Assembly (NCBI GenBank): GCA_041687695.1
Contig: JAWLBL010000051.1
Coordinates: 1-23,803 of the forward strand
Source: Myxococcota bacterium
GTDB lineage: Bacteria; Myxococcota_A; UBA9042; PHBI01; JAWLBL01
Direction of reading: 5' to 3'
DNA length: 23,803 nt
Program-made: the position numbers and the translations under genes
Notes under the pieces: model-generated
Told to the model about the DNA's origin: nothing
The model's input: the letters and a program-made list of their open reading frames with translations, nothing else
Database searches by the model: none
Shown here: positions 7,364-15,763 of the stretch, piece by piece
Position numbering within the stretch: the stretch's first letter is position 1
Layout: each line of letters opens with the position of its first letter

Positions 7364-8526
7364 TGGCTCGCCTCGCAACATGGCTGGTGGTCCTGCTGGC
7401 CGTGGCCGCGCTCGCGGCCAAGCCCAAGGCCAGAAATCCGCCCGAGGAGCCGGATCTCCTGGCCCTGGCGGCGTTGCTGTTCCAGGACGGGCACCTGGAC
7501 CGCGCCGCGTCGGTGCTGGCCGACGTCGACCCGGGCAAGCCAGGCCTCGACGTCGTGCGCTACCACACGCTGCGCGGCCTGATCGCGCTGCAGCAGGGAA
7601 AGGCGAAGGACGCGGCCGAGCAGCTCGAGGCGGCGGTCGCCGCCGGGACGCCGGAGCGGCCCGTGCAGCCGCTGGTGAACCTGTTCCTGGCGCAGGCGCG
7701 CTTTTCGCTGGGCGAGTATGCCCCGACCCTGCAGGCGCTGGACGCCGCCGGCGACGCCGCGGACGCCGAGTGGGGCCTGCACCTCATGCGGGCGCAGGCG
7801 CTGTGGCGGCTGGACCGGCGCAGCGAGGCCTTCGAGGTCCTGAGCGCGGCCGAGCGGCGCTTCCCCGAGGCGCACGAGCTGAGCCGGCAGAAGGTCTTGC
7901 TGCTGGTCGACCTGGGGCTGTACCGCGAGGCCACCCTGGTGGGTCGGCAGCACCTCGAGCGCACCCGGGCCGGCGTCGACGACCACGTGGCCCTCGCCGA
8001 GGCCCTGCGGCAGAGCCGGCAGCCCGAGGCGGCGGCCGTGTTCCTCGAGGCGGCGCGCCTGCGTTGGCCCGATGACCCGCGCGTCGTCAAGCAGCTCGCG
8101 CGCTGCTGGCTGGACGCGGGCAAGCCGCTGGCGGCGGCCGGGCTCCTCGAGCGCGCCGCGCTGACCGACCCCGGGCTGGCCTTCGAGGCGGCCGAGCTGT
8201 TCCGCCGCGCCCGGCAGTTCACGCGGGCCCTGCACATGAACGGCCAGGTCGCCGACCAGAAGCAGAAGATCCGCCAGCGCCTGGGGCTGCTCATCGAGCT
8301 GGAGCGCTTCGAGGAGGCCGCCACGCTGGGGCCGCGGCTGTCGCGCCTGGGGCTGATGGGTGATGACGCAGTGCGGTACGCCTTCGCCTACGCCTGCTTC
8401 AAGGTGGATCGGTTCACCGAGGCCGAGCGGGCGCTCGAGGGCATCACCGACGAGGCGCTGTTCCGCCAGGGCGTCGAGCTGCGCAAGGCCATCGCGTCCT
8501 GCCGCGCCTCGGGAGGGTGCTCGTGA
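7363..8526 (+). CDS. Periplasmic tetratricopeptide-repeat protein (TtpD-like, 387 aa)
   Basis: TGATG overlap, signal peptide, serial TPR-like helices (A..L..A....P). Positioned after tonB as in Ttp operons. Confidence 0.85.
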   Translation: MARLATWLVVLLAVAALAAKPKARNPPEEPDLLALAALLFQDGHLDRAASVLADVDPGKPGLDVVRYHTLRGLIALQQGKAKDAAEQLEAAVAAGTPERPVQPLVNLFLAQARFSLGEYAPTLQALDAAGDAADAEWGLHLMRAQALWRLDRRSEAFEVLSAAERRFPEAHELSRQKVLLLVDLGLYREATLVGRQHLERTRAGVDDHVALAEALRQSRQPEAAAVFLEAARLRWPDDPRVVKQLARCWLDAGKPLAAAGLLERAALTDPGLAFEAAELFRRARQFTRALHMNGQVADQKQKIRQRLGLLIELERFEEAATLGPRLSRLGLMGDDAVRYAFAYACFKVDRFTEAERALEGITDEALFRQGVELRKAIASCRASGGCS

Positions 8527-11500
8527 AGCAGGCGCTTGGGATCGCCCTGGCCGTGTTGGCGCTGGCGCTGACGGGCGCTGCCCCGACGCCCGCGCCGGGC
8601 CAGGTCACGGTGGTGGTGTTCGCGGGCGCCGAGGGCGCGCCGGCGGCCGGGGTCGACGTGTCGGTGGGCACCGCGCGAGGGCGGACCAACGGGCACGGCG
8701 TGGCGCGCGTCATGGCGCCGCCGGGCACCTGGGGCCTGCGCCTGGACGGGGGCGCGGTCGGAGCGGTCGACGCCGGGCCGGTGCCGGTCGTCTCGGGCGA
8801 GGTCACCGAGGTGCTGGTGACCGTCCGGGCCGGGGCGGCGGGGCCCGAGGTGTCGGTCGAGGCGGCGGTGGTCGGTCCGATTCGGCAGGCCGGCGCGTCG
8901 GCCGACGCGACCGACGACCGGCCACGGGTGGCGCTGGTCGGGCGCGTCGTGCGCGGCGACGGCCGGGGCCGGGGGCAGCCCATCGCCGGCGTGCGCGTGT
9001 TCGTGCGGGGCGACGGCGCCGAGGCGCGCACCGACGCGCAGGGGCGCTTTCGGCTGTGGGTGCCCGCGGGGGCGTGGGACCTGACCCTGATGCACACGTC
9101 CTATGGGACGCAGGCCGTGCAGGGCGCGCTGGCCGGCTCGGAGGCCGCCGAGGCCGAGGTGCTGGTCGAGATGACATCCACCGTAGGCCAGCTCGACGAG
9201 TTCGTCGTCACGGCGCCGCGGCTCGAGGGCGGCGCCTTCGCCATGATGGACGAGCGGCGGCGGTCGGGCGCGGTCAGCGACATCATCGGCGCCGAGCAGA
9301 TGAGCAAGTCGGGCGACGGCGACGCGGCCTCGGCCCTCAAGCGCGCGACCGGCGTCACCGTGGTGGGCGGCAAGTTCGTGTACGTGCGCGGCCTCGGCGA
9401 GCGGTACTCGTCGACGTTGCTCAACGGCTCGACCCTGCCCAGCCCGGACCCCGAGCGCCGGGTGGTCCCGCTGGACATGTTCCCGGCCGACATCCTCGAG
9501 AGCGTGGTCATCCAGAAGACCTACAGCCCGGACATGCCGGGCGAGTTCGGCGGCGGCGTGGTGCAGCTGCGGACGCGCACCTCGCCGAGCGCCTTCGAGG
9601 CCAGCGCGTCGACCTCGCTGGGGATGCTGCTGGGCACCAGCCTCGAGCGCGGCCTGATGGCCGAGACCGGGCCCCTGGACTTCCTGGGCATCGACGGCGG
9701 CTTCCGGGCGCTGCCCGACGAGGTGCAGCGCGCCTCCGAGCGCTCGCCCTTGCTGCAGCGCGACATGTTCTCGACGCGCGGCTACACGGCCGAGGAGCTG
9801 GAGCGCCTGGGCGAGCTGATGCCGAACCGCTGGGCCCTCGAGCGCGGGGTCGTGCCGCCCAACTTCGGAGTCTCGGGCACCGTGGGCGACGCGGTGACCC
9901 TGGCGGGGCGCAAGGCCGGTTACCTGCTGTCGCTCACCTACGACAACGACTGGGCGCAGCGCAGCAGCGAGGCGACCATCTTCACGGTGGGCACCGGCGG
10001 CAAGCTCGAGCCGGCGCACCGCTACCGCTTCGACGAGCTGACCCACACCTACACGCTGGCCGGCGCGCTGTCGGCCGCGCTCGAGCTGGCGCCAGGCCAC
10101 GACCTGCGGTTGACGACGCTGGTCGACCGCATCAGCGACGACAGCCCGCGCATCTACGAGGGCTTCAACCGCGACGTCGCGACCGACATCCGCGTCACCC
10201 GCCTGCAGTGGATCGAGCGCATGCTGGTGTCGAGCCAGCTCTCCGGGCGGCACCGGCTGGGGGCGGCCCCTGCGGCGGACGACGAGGACGACGACGCGCC
10301 GGCGACCCAGCTCGACTGGCGCTACGCCCTGGCCGTCGCGACCCGCGCCGAGCCCGACCGGCGCCAGGTGCGCTACGACCACGAGCCGTCGACCGGAGCG
10401 TGGTCGCTGTCGGACCGCCCCGAGGGCAACCGCCGCATCTTCAGTGACCTCACCGACGTCAACCACGACCTCGGCCTGGACCTGAGCCTGCCGCTGTCGA
10501 CCTGGTGGGACGGCGTCCAGGGGACCCTCAAGGTCGGCGCCGCGGCCATGCTGAAGGACCGTACGGTCGACACGCGCCGCTACAAGTACATGCAGCAGGG
10601 CGACCTCGCGCGCGGCGAGCTGCTGCTCAGGGGCCCCGAGGAGCTCTTCGTCCCCCAGTACATCGACCCCGAGGGCTTCCAGCTGACCGAGGTCACGCTC
10701 GAGACCGACAACTACTTCGCCGACCACCTGGTCCTGGCCGGCTACCTGATGGCCGACGTCGCGGTCACCGACACCCTGCGCGTCGTCGTCGGCGCCCGCG
10801 TCGAGCACTCCGCCCAGGGGGTGTCGACCTTCGAGCCCTTCAACCCCAACGCCAAGCCCATCCGGGCCGACCTGACCACGACCGATCTGCTGCCGGCGCT
10901 GACCGCGTCGTGGACCCTGGCCGAGGGCCACATCCTGCGGGCCGGCGTCAGCCGCACCGTGTCACGCCCCGACTTCCGCGAGCTGTCGCCGGCCACCTTC
11001 AACGACGTCACCGGTGGCCGGCAGCTCTTCGGCAACCCGGAGCTGGACCGGACGCTCATCAGCAGCGCCGACCTCCGCTGGGAGTGGTACCCCACCCAGG
11101 GCGACACCCTGTCGGTGGGCGCCTTCTACAAGCACTTCGACCACCCCATCGAGGTCATCGTCGTGCCCTCGGCCCAGCTCTCGGTCACCTACGCGAACGC
11201 CGCCACGGCCCACAACCTGGGGCTCGAGGTCGAGGCGCGCAAGACCCTCGGCTTCATGGGAGACGTCCACGAGGCCCTGGCCGACGCCTACGTGGCCGCC
11301 AACGCCGCCTGGATCGCCTCGAACGTCGAGCTGCCGGCCGGCCAGACCATCCAGACCTCGAAGAGCCGGCCGCTGCAGGGGCAGTCGCCCTACGTCCTGA
11401 ACCTGCAGCTGGGCTGGGACGACCCGGACGCCGGCGCCAGCGCGACCGTGCTGTACAACGTCTTCGGGCCGCGCATCGTCGAGGTCGGCGCGCTGGGGGC

Positions 11501-11693
11501 GCCCGACGTCTACGAGGAGCCGGTGCACCAGCTGGATCTGGTGCTGAGCCACAAGCTGGCCGGCGGCTTCCGCCTGAGCTTCAAGGCCCGCAACCTGCTC
11601 GACCCCGAGGTGCTGCAGACGCAGGGCCCCGAGGTGACCGAGCGGATCACCCGCGGGCGCGCGTTTTCGCTGGGCCTGTCGAAGAAGTTCTGA
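8523..11693 (+). CDS. TonB-dependent outer-membrane receptor with two N-terminal carboxypeptidase-regulatory-like domains (1056 aa)
   Basis: GGAGG RBS and GTGA overlap. Signal peptide; TonB box LDEFVVTA (9192-9215); plug AASALKRATGV...VYVRGLGERY..TLLNG...VPLD.FP..I...KT; barrel motifs SRPDFREL, GNPEL, NLLD; terminal Phe. Confidence 0.95.
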   Translation: MKQALGIALAVLALALTGAAPTPAPGQVTVVVFAGAEGAPAAGVDVSVGTARGRTNGHGVARVMAPPGTWGLRLDGGAVGAVDAGPVPVVSGEVTEVLVTVRAGAAGPEVSVEAAVVGPIRQAGASADATDDRPRVALVGRVVRGDGRGRGQPIAGVRVFVRGDGAEARTDAQGRFRLWVPAGAWDLTLMHTSYGTQAVQGALAGSEAAEAEVLVEMTSTVGQLDEFVVTAPRLEGGAFAMMDERRRSGAVSDIIGAEQMSKSGDGDAASALKRATGVTVVGGKFVYVRGLGERYSSTLLNGSTLPSPDPERRVVPLDMFPADILESVVIQKTYSPDMPGEFGGGVVQLRTRTSPSAFEASASTSLGMLLGTSLERGLMAETGPLDFLGIDGGFRALPDEVQRASERSPLLQRDMFSTRGYTAEELERLGELMPNRWALERGVVPPNFGVSGTVGDAVTLAGRKAGYLLSLTYDNDWAQRSSEATIFTVGTGGKLEPAHRYRFDELTHTYTLAGALSAALELAPGHDLRLTTLVDRISDDSPRIYEGFNRDVATDIRVTRLQWIERMLVSSQLSGRHRLGAAPAADDEDDDAPATQLDWRYALAVATRAEPDRRQVRYDHEPSTGAWSLSDRPEGNRRIFSDLTDVNHDLGLDLSLPLSTWWDGVQGTLKVGAAAMLKDRTVDTRRYKYMQQGDLARGELLLRGPEELFVPQYIDPEGFQLTEVTLETDNYFADHLVLAGYLMADVAVTDTLRVVVGARVEHSAQGVSTFEPFNPNAKPIRADLTTTDLLPALTASWTLAEGHILRAGVSRTVSRPDFRELSPATFNDVTGGRQLFGNPELDRTLISSADLRWEWYPTQGDTLSVGAFYKHFDHPIEVIVVPSAQLSVTYANAATAHNLGLEVEARKTLGFMGDVHEALADAYVAANAAWIASNVELPAGQTIQTSKSRPLQGQSPYVLNLQLGWDDPDAGASATVLYNVFGPRIVEVGALGAPDVYEEPVHQLDLVLSHKLAGGFRLSFKARNLLDPEVLQTQGPEVTERITRGRAFSLGLSKKF

Positions 11694-11700
11694 GCCCGGC

Positions 11701-12657
11701 TCAGTTCGGCTCGGACGGCTCGGGCTTGGCCACGGGCAACCGTTCTCGGTCCGTGGCGGCTCGGTCCGTGGCGGTGGGCGCCGGGAAGCCGTCCAGGGCC
11801 TCGGCGAGCCCCACGAGCCCCTGCACGGCCGCCTCGTCGCCCACGCGGCGGGCCACCTCGAGCGCGATGTGGGCCTGCTCGCGCGCCTCGGCCCGGCGTC
11901 CGGCGGCCAGCAGCGCCTGAGCGAGCAGCCCGCGGGCGGAGGCCTCGGGGCCCGGCAGGTCGGCGGCGGCCGCCTCGTCGCAGGCGACCTCGAGCAGCGC
12001 GATGGCGGCGTCCGGCCGGTGCTGCTCGAGGTGGCGCCCGGCCTCCTCGCAGGCCACCTGCACGTCCACCGCGGGCGAACCCAGCAGGGCCACCAGCTCT
12101 CCGAAGTGGCCGCGCGCGCCGGCGTCGCCCAGGGCCTCGGCGATGGCGAGGGCCCGCGCCGCGTGCGCCCGGGCGTCGCGGATGCGCCCGCTCTGCGACA
12201 GGGCCTGCGCCAGCAGCCCCGACAGCGACGCCTCGGCGCCCGGCCCCAGGGCGCGGGCGCGGGCGACCTCGGGCTCGAGCGTCGCGGCCGCGCGCGCCGG
12301 GTCGCCGGCTTCGAGGGCGGCCCAGGCGGCGTCCAGCAGCGCGTCCAGCTCGCGCATGGCGTCGGGCCCGGCGGCCAGGGCGTCCGCCAGCCGGCCGTAG
12401 TAGGCGACCGAGTCGGCGTCGCCCAGGGCCTTGGCCAGGACGTGCGCCCGCTGCGCGGCGGCGAGGGCGCTCGCGGCGTCCCCGGAGTGCTGATGAGCGG
12501 GCGCGAGCAGGCCCTGGACCAGCATCTCGGCCTCGTCGTCCGCGGCGGCGACCGCGCGCTCGAGGGCCGGCCGCAGCGCGGCGAGCGCGTCCTGCGGGAT
12601 GCCCGCGTGCAGGGCCTTGAGCGCGGCCTTCAGGTAGGCGTCGAGGGTGGTGTCCAT
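11701..12657 (-). CDS. All-helical TPR-like protein built of three ~97-aa repeats (318 aa)
   Basis: GGAG RBS before ATG 12657. Three units share E...GLLA.A....G....A...A..A...A..(L/V)GD. Confidence 0.75.
   Translation of the reverse strand: MDTTLDAYLKAALKALHAGIPQDALAALRPALERAVAAADDEAEMLVQGLLAPAHQHSGDAASALAAAQRAHVLAKALGDADSVAYYGRLADALAAGPDAMRELDALLDAAWAALEAGDPARAAATLEPEVARARALGPGAEASLSGLLAQALSQSGRIRDARAHAARALAIAEALGDAGARGHFGELVALLGSPAVDVQVACEEAGRHLEQHRPDAAIALLEVACDEAAAADLPGPEASARGLLAQALLAAGRRAEAREQAHIALEVARRVGDEAAVQGLVGLAEALDGFPAPTATDRAATDRERLPVAKPEPSEPN
11745..11774. repeat. 15-bp perfect tandem duplication (CTCGGTCCGTGGCGG x2)
   Basis: Encodes ATDRA-ATDRE in the C-terminal tail of the - strand gene. 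Confidence 0.85.
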
Positions 12658-12854
12658 GAGCGGCTCCGGTCCGGGGTGGGCGCGAAGGGTACCACGGGCT
12701 GGCGATCGCGAGACAGGTGGCCGCGGCGAGGGCGGGGCCGTGGATCCTGGCGGGGCAGGGGCGTGCAAGGTGGGTCGAGGGTGTGTCGAATGCCGGCTGG
12801 CCTCGACGGCGCGGGTCGTCTAGGATGGGCGGCGGGCTTGGAGAGGGGGGCGCG

Positions 12855-14261
12855 ATGCGAACGGCCTGGACGTGGGTGCTCGCGGGGTTGGGCCTCGCGG
12901 GCGTGGCTTGCGGGGGCGAGGAGCTCGGACAGCCGGACGCGCAGGGGACGACCGACGCGCCCGGTCTAGAGGTCGCGGACTCCGGCGCGGCGGACGCGAC
13001 GGCCGACGGGGCCTTGGACGACGCGGCGGACGCGACGGCCGACGGAGCCCCGGATGCCGCGACGGACCTGGGGGCCGACCCCGATCCGGGCGCGTCCGAC
13101 GCCATCGAGGACGCGCCGTCAGAGACCGTGGCCGACGTGACGCCGGACGCCGTGCCCGATGTCCCGTCCGACGATGTGACGCCAGGCGAGGTCGATGTCG
13201 CCGAGCTCCAGGAGACCGTGTCGGGCGACGGCGGCGACGACGCGGGCCCACCGGCTTGCGTCGACTGCAGCTACCTCGCCCAGCCGCCTGCGCCTCACCC
13301 CGGCGGGCCGGGGCCGCACGCGCTGGCGCCCGCCCAGACGCTGTCGTACGGGTCCGGCTTCGGCGCCGGCTACAAGAAGGTGCTCGTCCTGCGGCCGGAC
13401 GGCCCGGGCCCGTGGCCGGTCTTCGCCTTCGGCCACGGCAAGCAGCTCGCGAGCGGTGGCGGCTTCACCCCCGAGCTCGGCCTGCCGTATCGAGCGCTGC
13501 TCGAGCACGTCGCCAGCCACGGCTACGTCGTCGTCTACCCGGCCGTCGAGCAGAGCGCCTTCGACGCCGACCACCGACGCATGGCCGACGACTTCCTCGA
13601 CGCGCTGTCGCATGTGCTCGCGTCCGTCCCCGAGGCCGACGCGGACCGGGTCGCGTTCGGCGGGCACTCGATGGGCGCGAAGGTCGCCCTCATCGCGGCC
13701 GCGAAGGCGATCGCCCAGGACGCCGACGACGCGCTGCCCGACCCCGAGGCCGTCCTGCTCTTCGCCATCTCGAACGAGCCGCCGCCCGTCGGCGCCTTCC
13801 AGGACGCCCGCGACGAGGCCGAGGCCATCGCGGCCGACGCGCCCGTGTGGTTCACCTTCGTGCAGGCGCACGACGACGCCATCGCCCCCTATCTGGATCC
13901 CGGCAAGCCCAACGCGCTCGCCCTGTACGAGGCGCTCGCCCCGGCGACCAAGCAGGTCGTGGTCCTGCACGGGACCGGCCCAGGCGACCCGAACCCGCCG
14001 ACGGACCCGCCGCTCGCCGACGACCACTCGGCGCCGTTGACCGTCGAGGGCAAGCCCGGCGGCCTCGCCGACTTCGCGATGCCCGACAGCCACCTCGACG
14101 CCCTGGACTGGTACGGCTACTGGAAGCTGACGGTGGGCGCGCTGGACCACCACTTCGCCGGCGGCGACCCGGCGTGGGCCTATGGCGCGCTGCGCACGCA
14201 TGGGGGCGAGCTGCCCGGCGGCGGTGTGGTCACGCACGAGGTGAAGGCGCAGGGGTTCTGA
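12855..14261 (+). CDS. Alpha/beta-hydrolase lipoprotein (chlorophyllase/cutinase-like fold) with Asp/Ala-rich linker (468 aa)
   Basis: Lipobox AGVA-C, acidic low-complexity stalk, P.F.F.HG, HVASHGYVVVYP, nucleophile elbow GHSMG (13662-13676), candidate Asp in HDDAIA and His in DDHSAP. Confidence 0.85.
   Translation: MRTAWTWVLAGLGLAGVACGGEELGQPDAQGTTDAPGLEVADSGAADATADGALDDAADATADGAPDAATDLGADPDPGASDAIEDAPSETVADVTPDAVPDVPSDDVTPGEVDVAELQETVSGDGGDDAGPPACVDCSYLAQPPAPHPGGPGPHALAPAQTLSYGSGFGAGYKKVLVLRPDGPGPWPVFAFGHGKQLASGGGFTPELGLPYRALLEHVASHGYVVVYPAVEQSAFDADHRRMADDFLDALSHVLASVPEADADRVAFGGHSMGAKVALIAAAKAIAQDADDALPDPEAVLLFAISNEPPPVGAFQDARDEAEAIAADAPVWFTFVQAHDDAIAPYLDPGKPNALALYEALAPATKQVVVLHGTGPGDPNPPTDPPLADDHSAPLTVEGKPGGLADFAMPDSHLDALDWYGYWKLTVGALDHHFAGGDPAWAYGALRTHGGELPGGGVVTHEVKAQGF
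12986..13045 (+). repeat. 24-bp direct repeat at 36-bp period in the hydrolase linker (AADATADG x2)
   Basis: CGCGGCGGACGCGACGGCCGACGG at 12986 and 13022. Confidence 0.85.
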
Positions 14262-14346
14262 CCGGCGCATGGCTTGACCGAAAGCGCTTCGGTGACCAGC
14301 GGTTAGGGGTGAGTCACCGTCCACCGACGGCCCGAGGAGAGCGCCT

Positions 14347-14760
14347 GTGCAAGATCCCCCCAGCCCGACCGGCGCCCGACGCGGCTGCGTCCTCGTGGTC
14401 GACGACGAGCCCGACATCCGGGGCATCGTCGCCGAGGAGCTCGAGCTCGAGGGCTTCCACGTGCTCTCGGCCGGCAGCGGCGACGAGGCCCTGAGGGTGC
14501 TTGCGCAGGCGGGCTCGCCCGACGAGGTCGCCCTGGGGCTGCTCGTGACCGATCTCCGCATGCCCGGGATGAGCGGCTTCGATCTGGTCGCCGCACTGCG
14601 GGCGCGTCACGGCCCCGTGCCCGCCATCATCGCGACCGGCCTGCTCGACGACGGGGCGCGCGCGAAGGCCGCCGCGCTCGGCGGCTGTGACTTCGTCGAG
14701 AAGCCCTACGACCTCGACCACCTGGTGACGCTCGTGGGGCGCTACGTGCTGCGCGCCTGA
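14347..14760 (+). CDS. Single-domain response regulator (CheY-like receiver)
   Basis: GAGGAG RBS before GTG. Motifs VLVVDDE, LLVTDLRMPGMSG, IIATG, EKPY. No output domain. Confidence 0.92.
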   Translation: MQDPPSPTGARRGCVLVVDDEPDIRGIVAEELELEGFHVLSAGSGDEALRVLAQAGSPDEVALGLLVTDLRMPGMSGFDLVAALRARHGPVPAIIATGLLDDGARAKAAALGGCDFVEKPYDLDHLVTLVGRYVLRA

Positions 14761-14826
14761 CCAACGTGCCGAACTCGTTGCACGGCGGTCACCGGGTCGA
14801 CGCAGGCGCCCCGTAGCGTCGCGGTC

Positions 14827-15501
14827 GTGAACGCCAGGGTCCTCATCGTCGACGAAGAACGCGAGCTGGCCGAGGCCGTGGCCCAGGCGCTCGCGCGGGA
14901 AGGCTGCGAGGTGGCTACCGTGGCTTCGGGCGTCGAGGCCCTGCGCCTGGCGCGGCAAGCGCGGCCGCACCTCATCCTGCTCGACCCGGCGCTGCCGGAT
15001 CTGCCGGGCAACGAGGTCTGCCGACGCCTCGACGCCGACCCGAGCACCGCTTGGATCCCGGTGGTCATCGTCTCGAGTCGCGACGCCGAGATCGACCGGG
15101 TCGTCGGCTTCGAGCTGGGCGCGGCCGACTACGTGGTCAAGCCCTTCTCGCTGCGCGAGCTGGTGCTGCGCTGCCGCGCGATCCTGCGCCGGGCCGAGCC
15201 GCCCCCGCCGAGCGACCGCCTCGAGGTGGGGCCGCTCGCGCTGGACACCGCGCGCTTTCGCGTGGCGGTCGAGGGCGACGAGGTGTCGCTGACCGCCCTC
15301 GAGCTGCGCCTGCTGGCCACGCTGATGCAGGCCCAGGGGCGGGTCCTGTCCCGCGACGACCTGCTCGACGTCGTCTGGGGCGGCGAGGCCGACGTGATGC
15401 TGCGAACGGTCGACGTGCACATCATGCGGCTGCGCGAGAAGCTGGGCCCCGCCAGCGCGCTGATCGAGACCGTCCGGGGCGTCGGGTACCGCATCCGCTG
15501 A
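14827..15501 (+). CDS. OmpR/PhoB-family DNA-binding response regulator (PhoB/PhoP-like)
   Basis: Receiver (VDEE, LILLD, EIDRVVGFELGAADYVVKPFS.REL) plus winged helix (LT..E..LL, SR..LL..VW, RTVDVHIMRLREKL, IETVRGVGYR). Confidence 0.93.
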   Translation: MNARVLIVDEERELAEAVAQALAREGCEVATVASGVEALRLARQARPHLILLDPALPDLPGNEVCRRLDADPSTAWIPVVIVSSRDAEIDRVVGFELGAADYVVKPFSLRELVLRCRAILRRAEPPPPSDRLEVGPLALDTARFRVAVEGDEVSLTALELRLLATLMQAQGRVLSRDDLLDVVWGGEADVMLRTVDVHIMRLREKLGPASALIETVRGVGYRIR

Positions 15502-15763
15502 TCGGGACGCCGTCGGTCGCCGGCCACCGGCGCATTGGGACCAGGGACGTGCCCGGGCGGCCGTCGTCTGGTACCCCTGAGAGCGGCGCGGACCCTCACG
15601 GCCGCGCCCTTCCCAGGCGAGGCGGCGGCGCCCCCCAGCGTGGCGCGCGACCGGTGATCCCCTCGCGACGGAACCCCACCACGCGGCGACCCCCGCGCCT
15701 CCCCGACGGTCCACGACCCGGGCGGCGCGCGTGACGTGACCCGCGCGACGACAGGAGTCCTCC

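Noticed and set aside
14277..14318. Small hairpin ACCGAA/TTCGGT and palindrome GGTGAGTCACC before the receiver gene
   Set aside because: Too short, no U-tract and no second copy; cannot be told from chance.
14761..14826. Possible autoregulatory Pho box before the PhoB-like gene
   Set aside because: Only one clear GTCAC (14788); neighbouring candidates are not at 11-bp spacing.
15502..15763. Possible riboswitch/ncRNA (CTGAGA and a GGCGCGG/CCGCGCC stem)
   Set aside because: Remaining TPP or glycine riboswitch consensus elements are absent, and GC stems are expected by chance. An Rfam scan would settle it.
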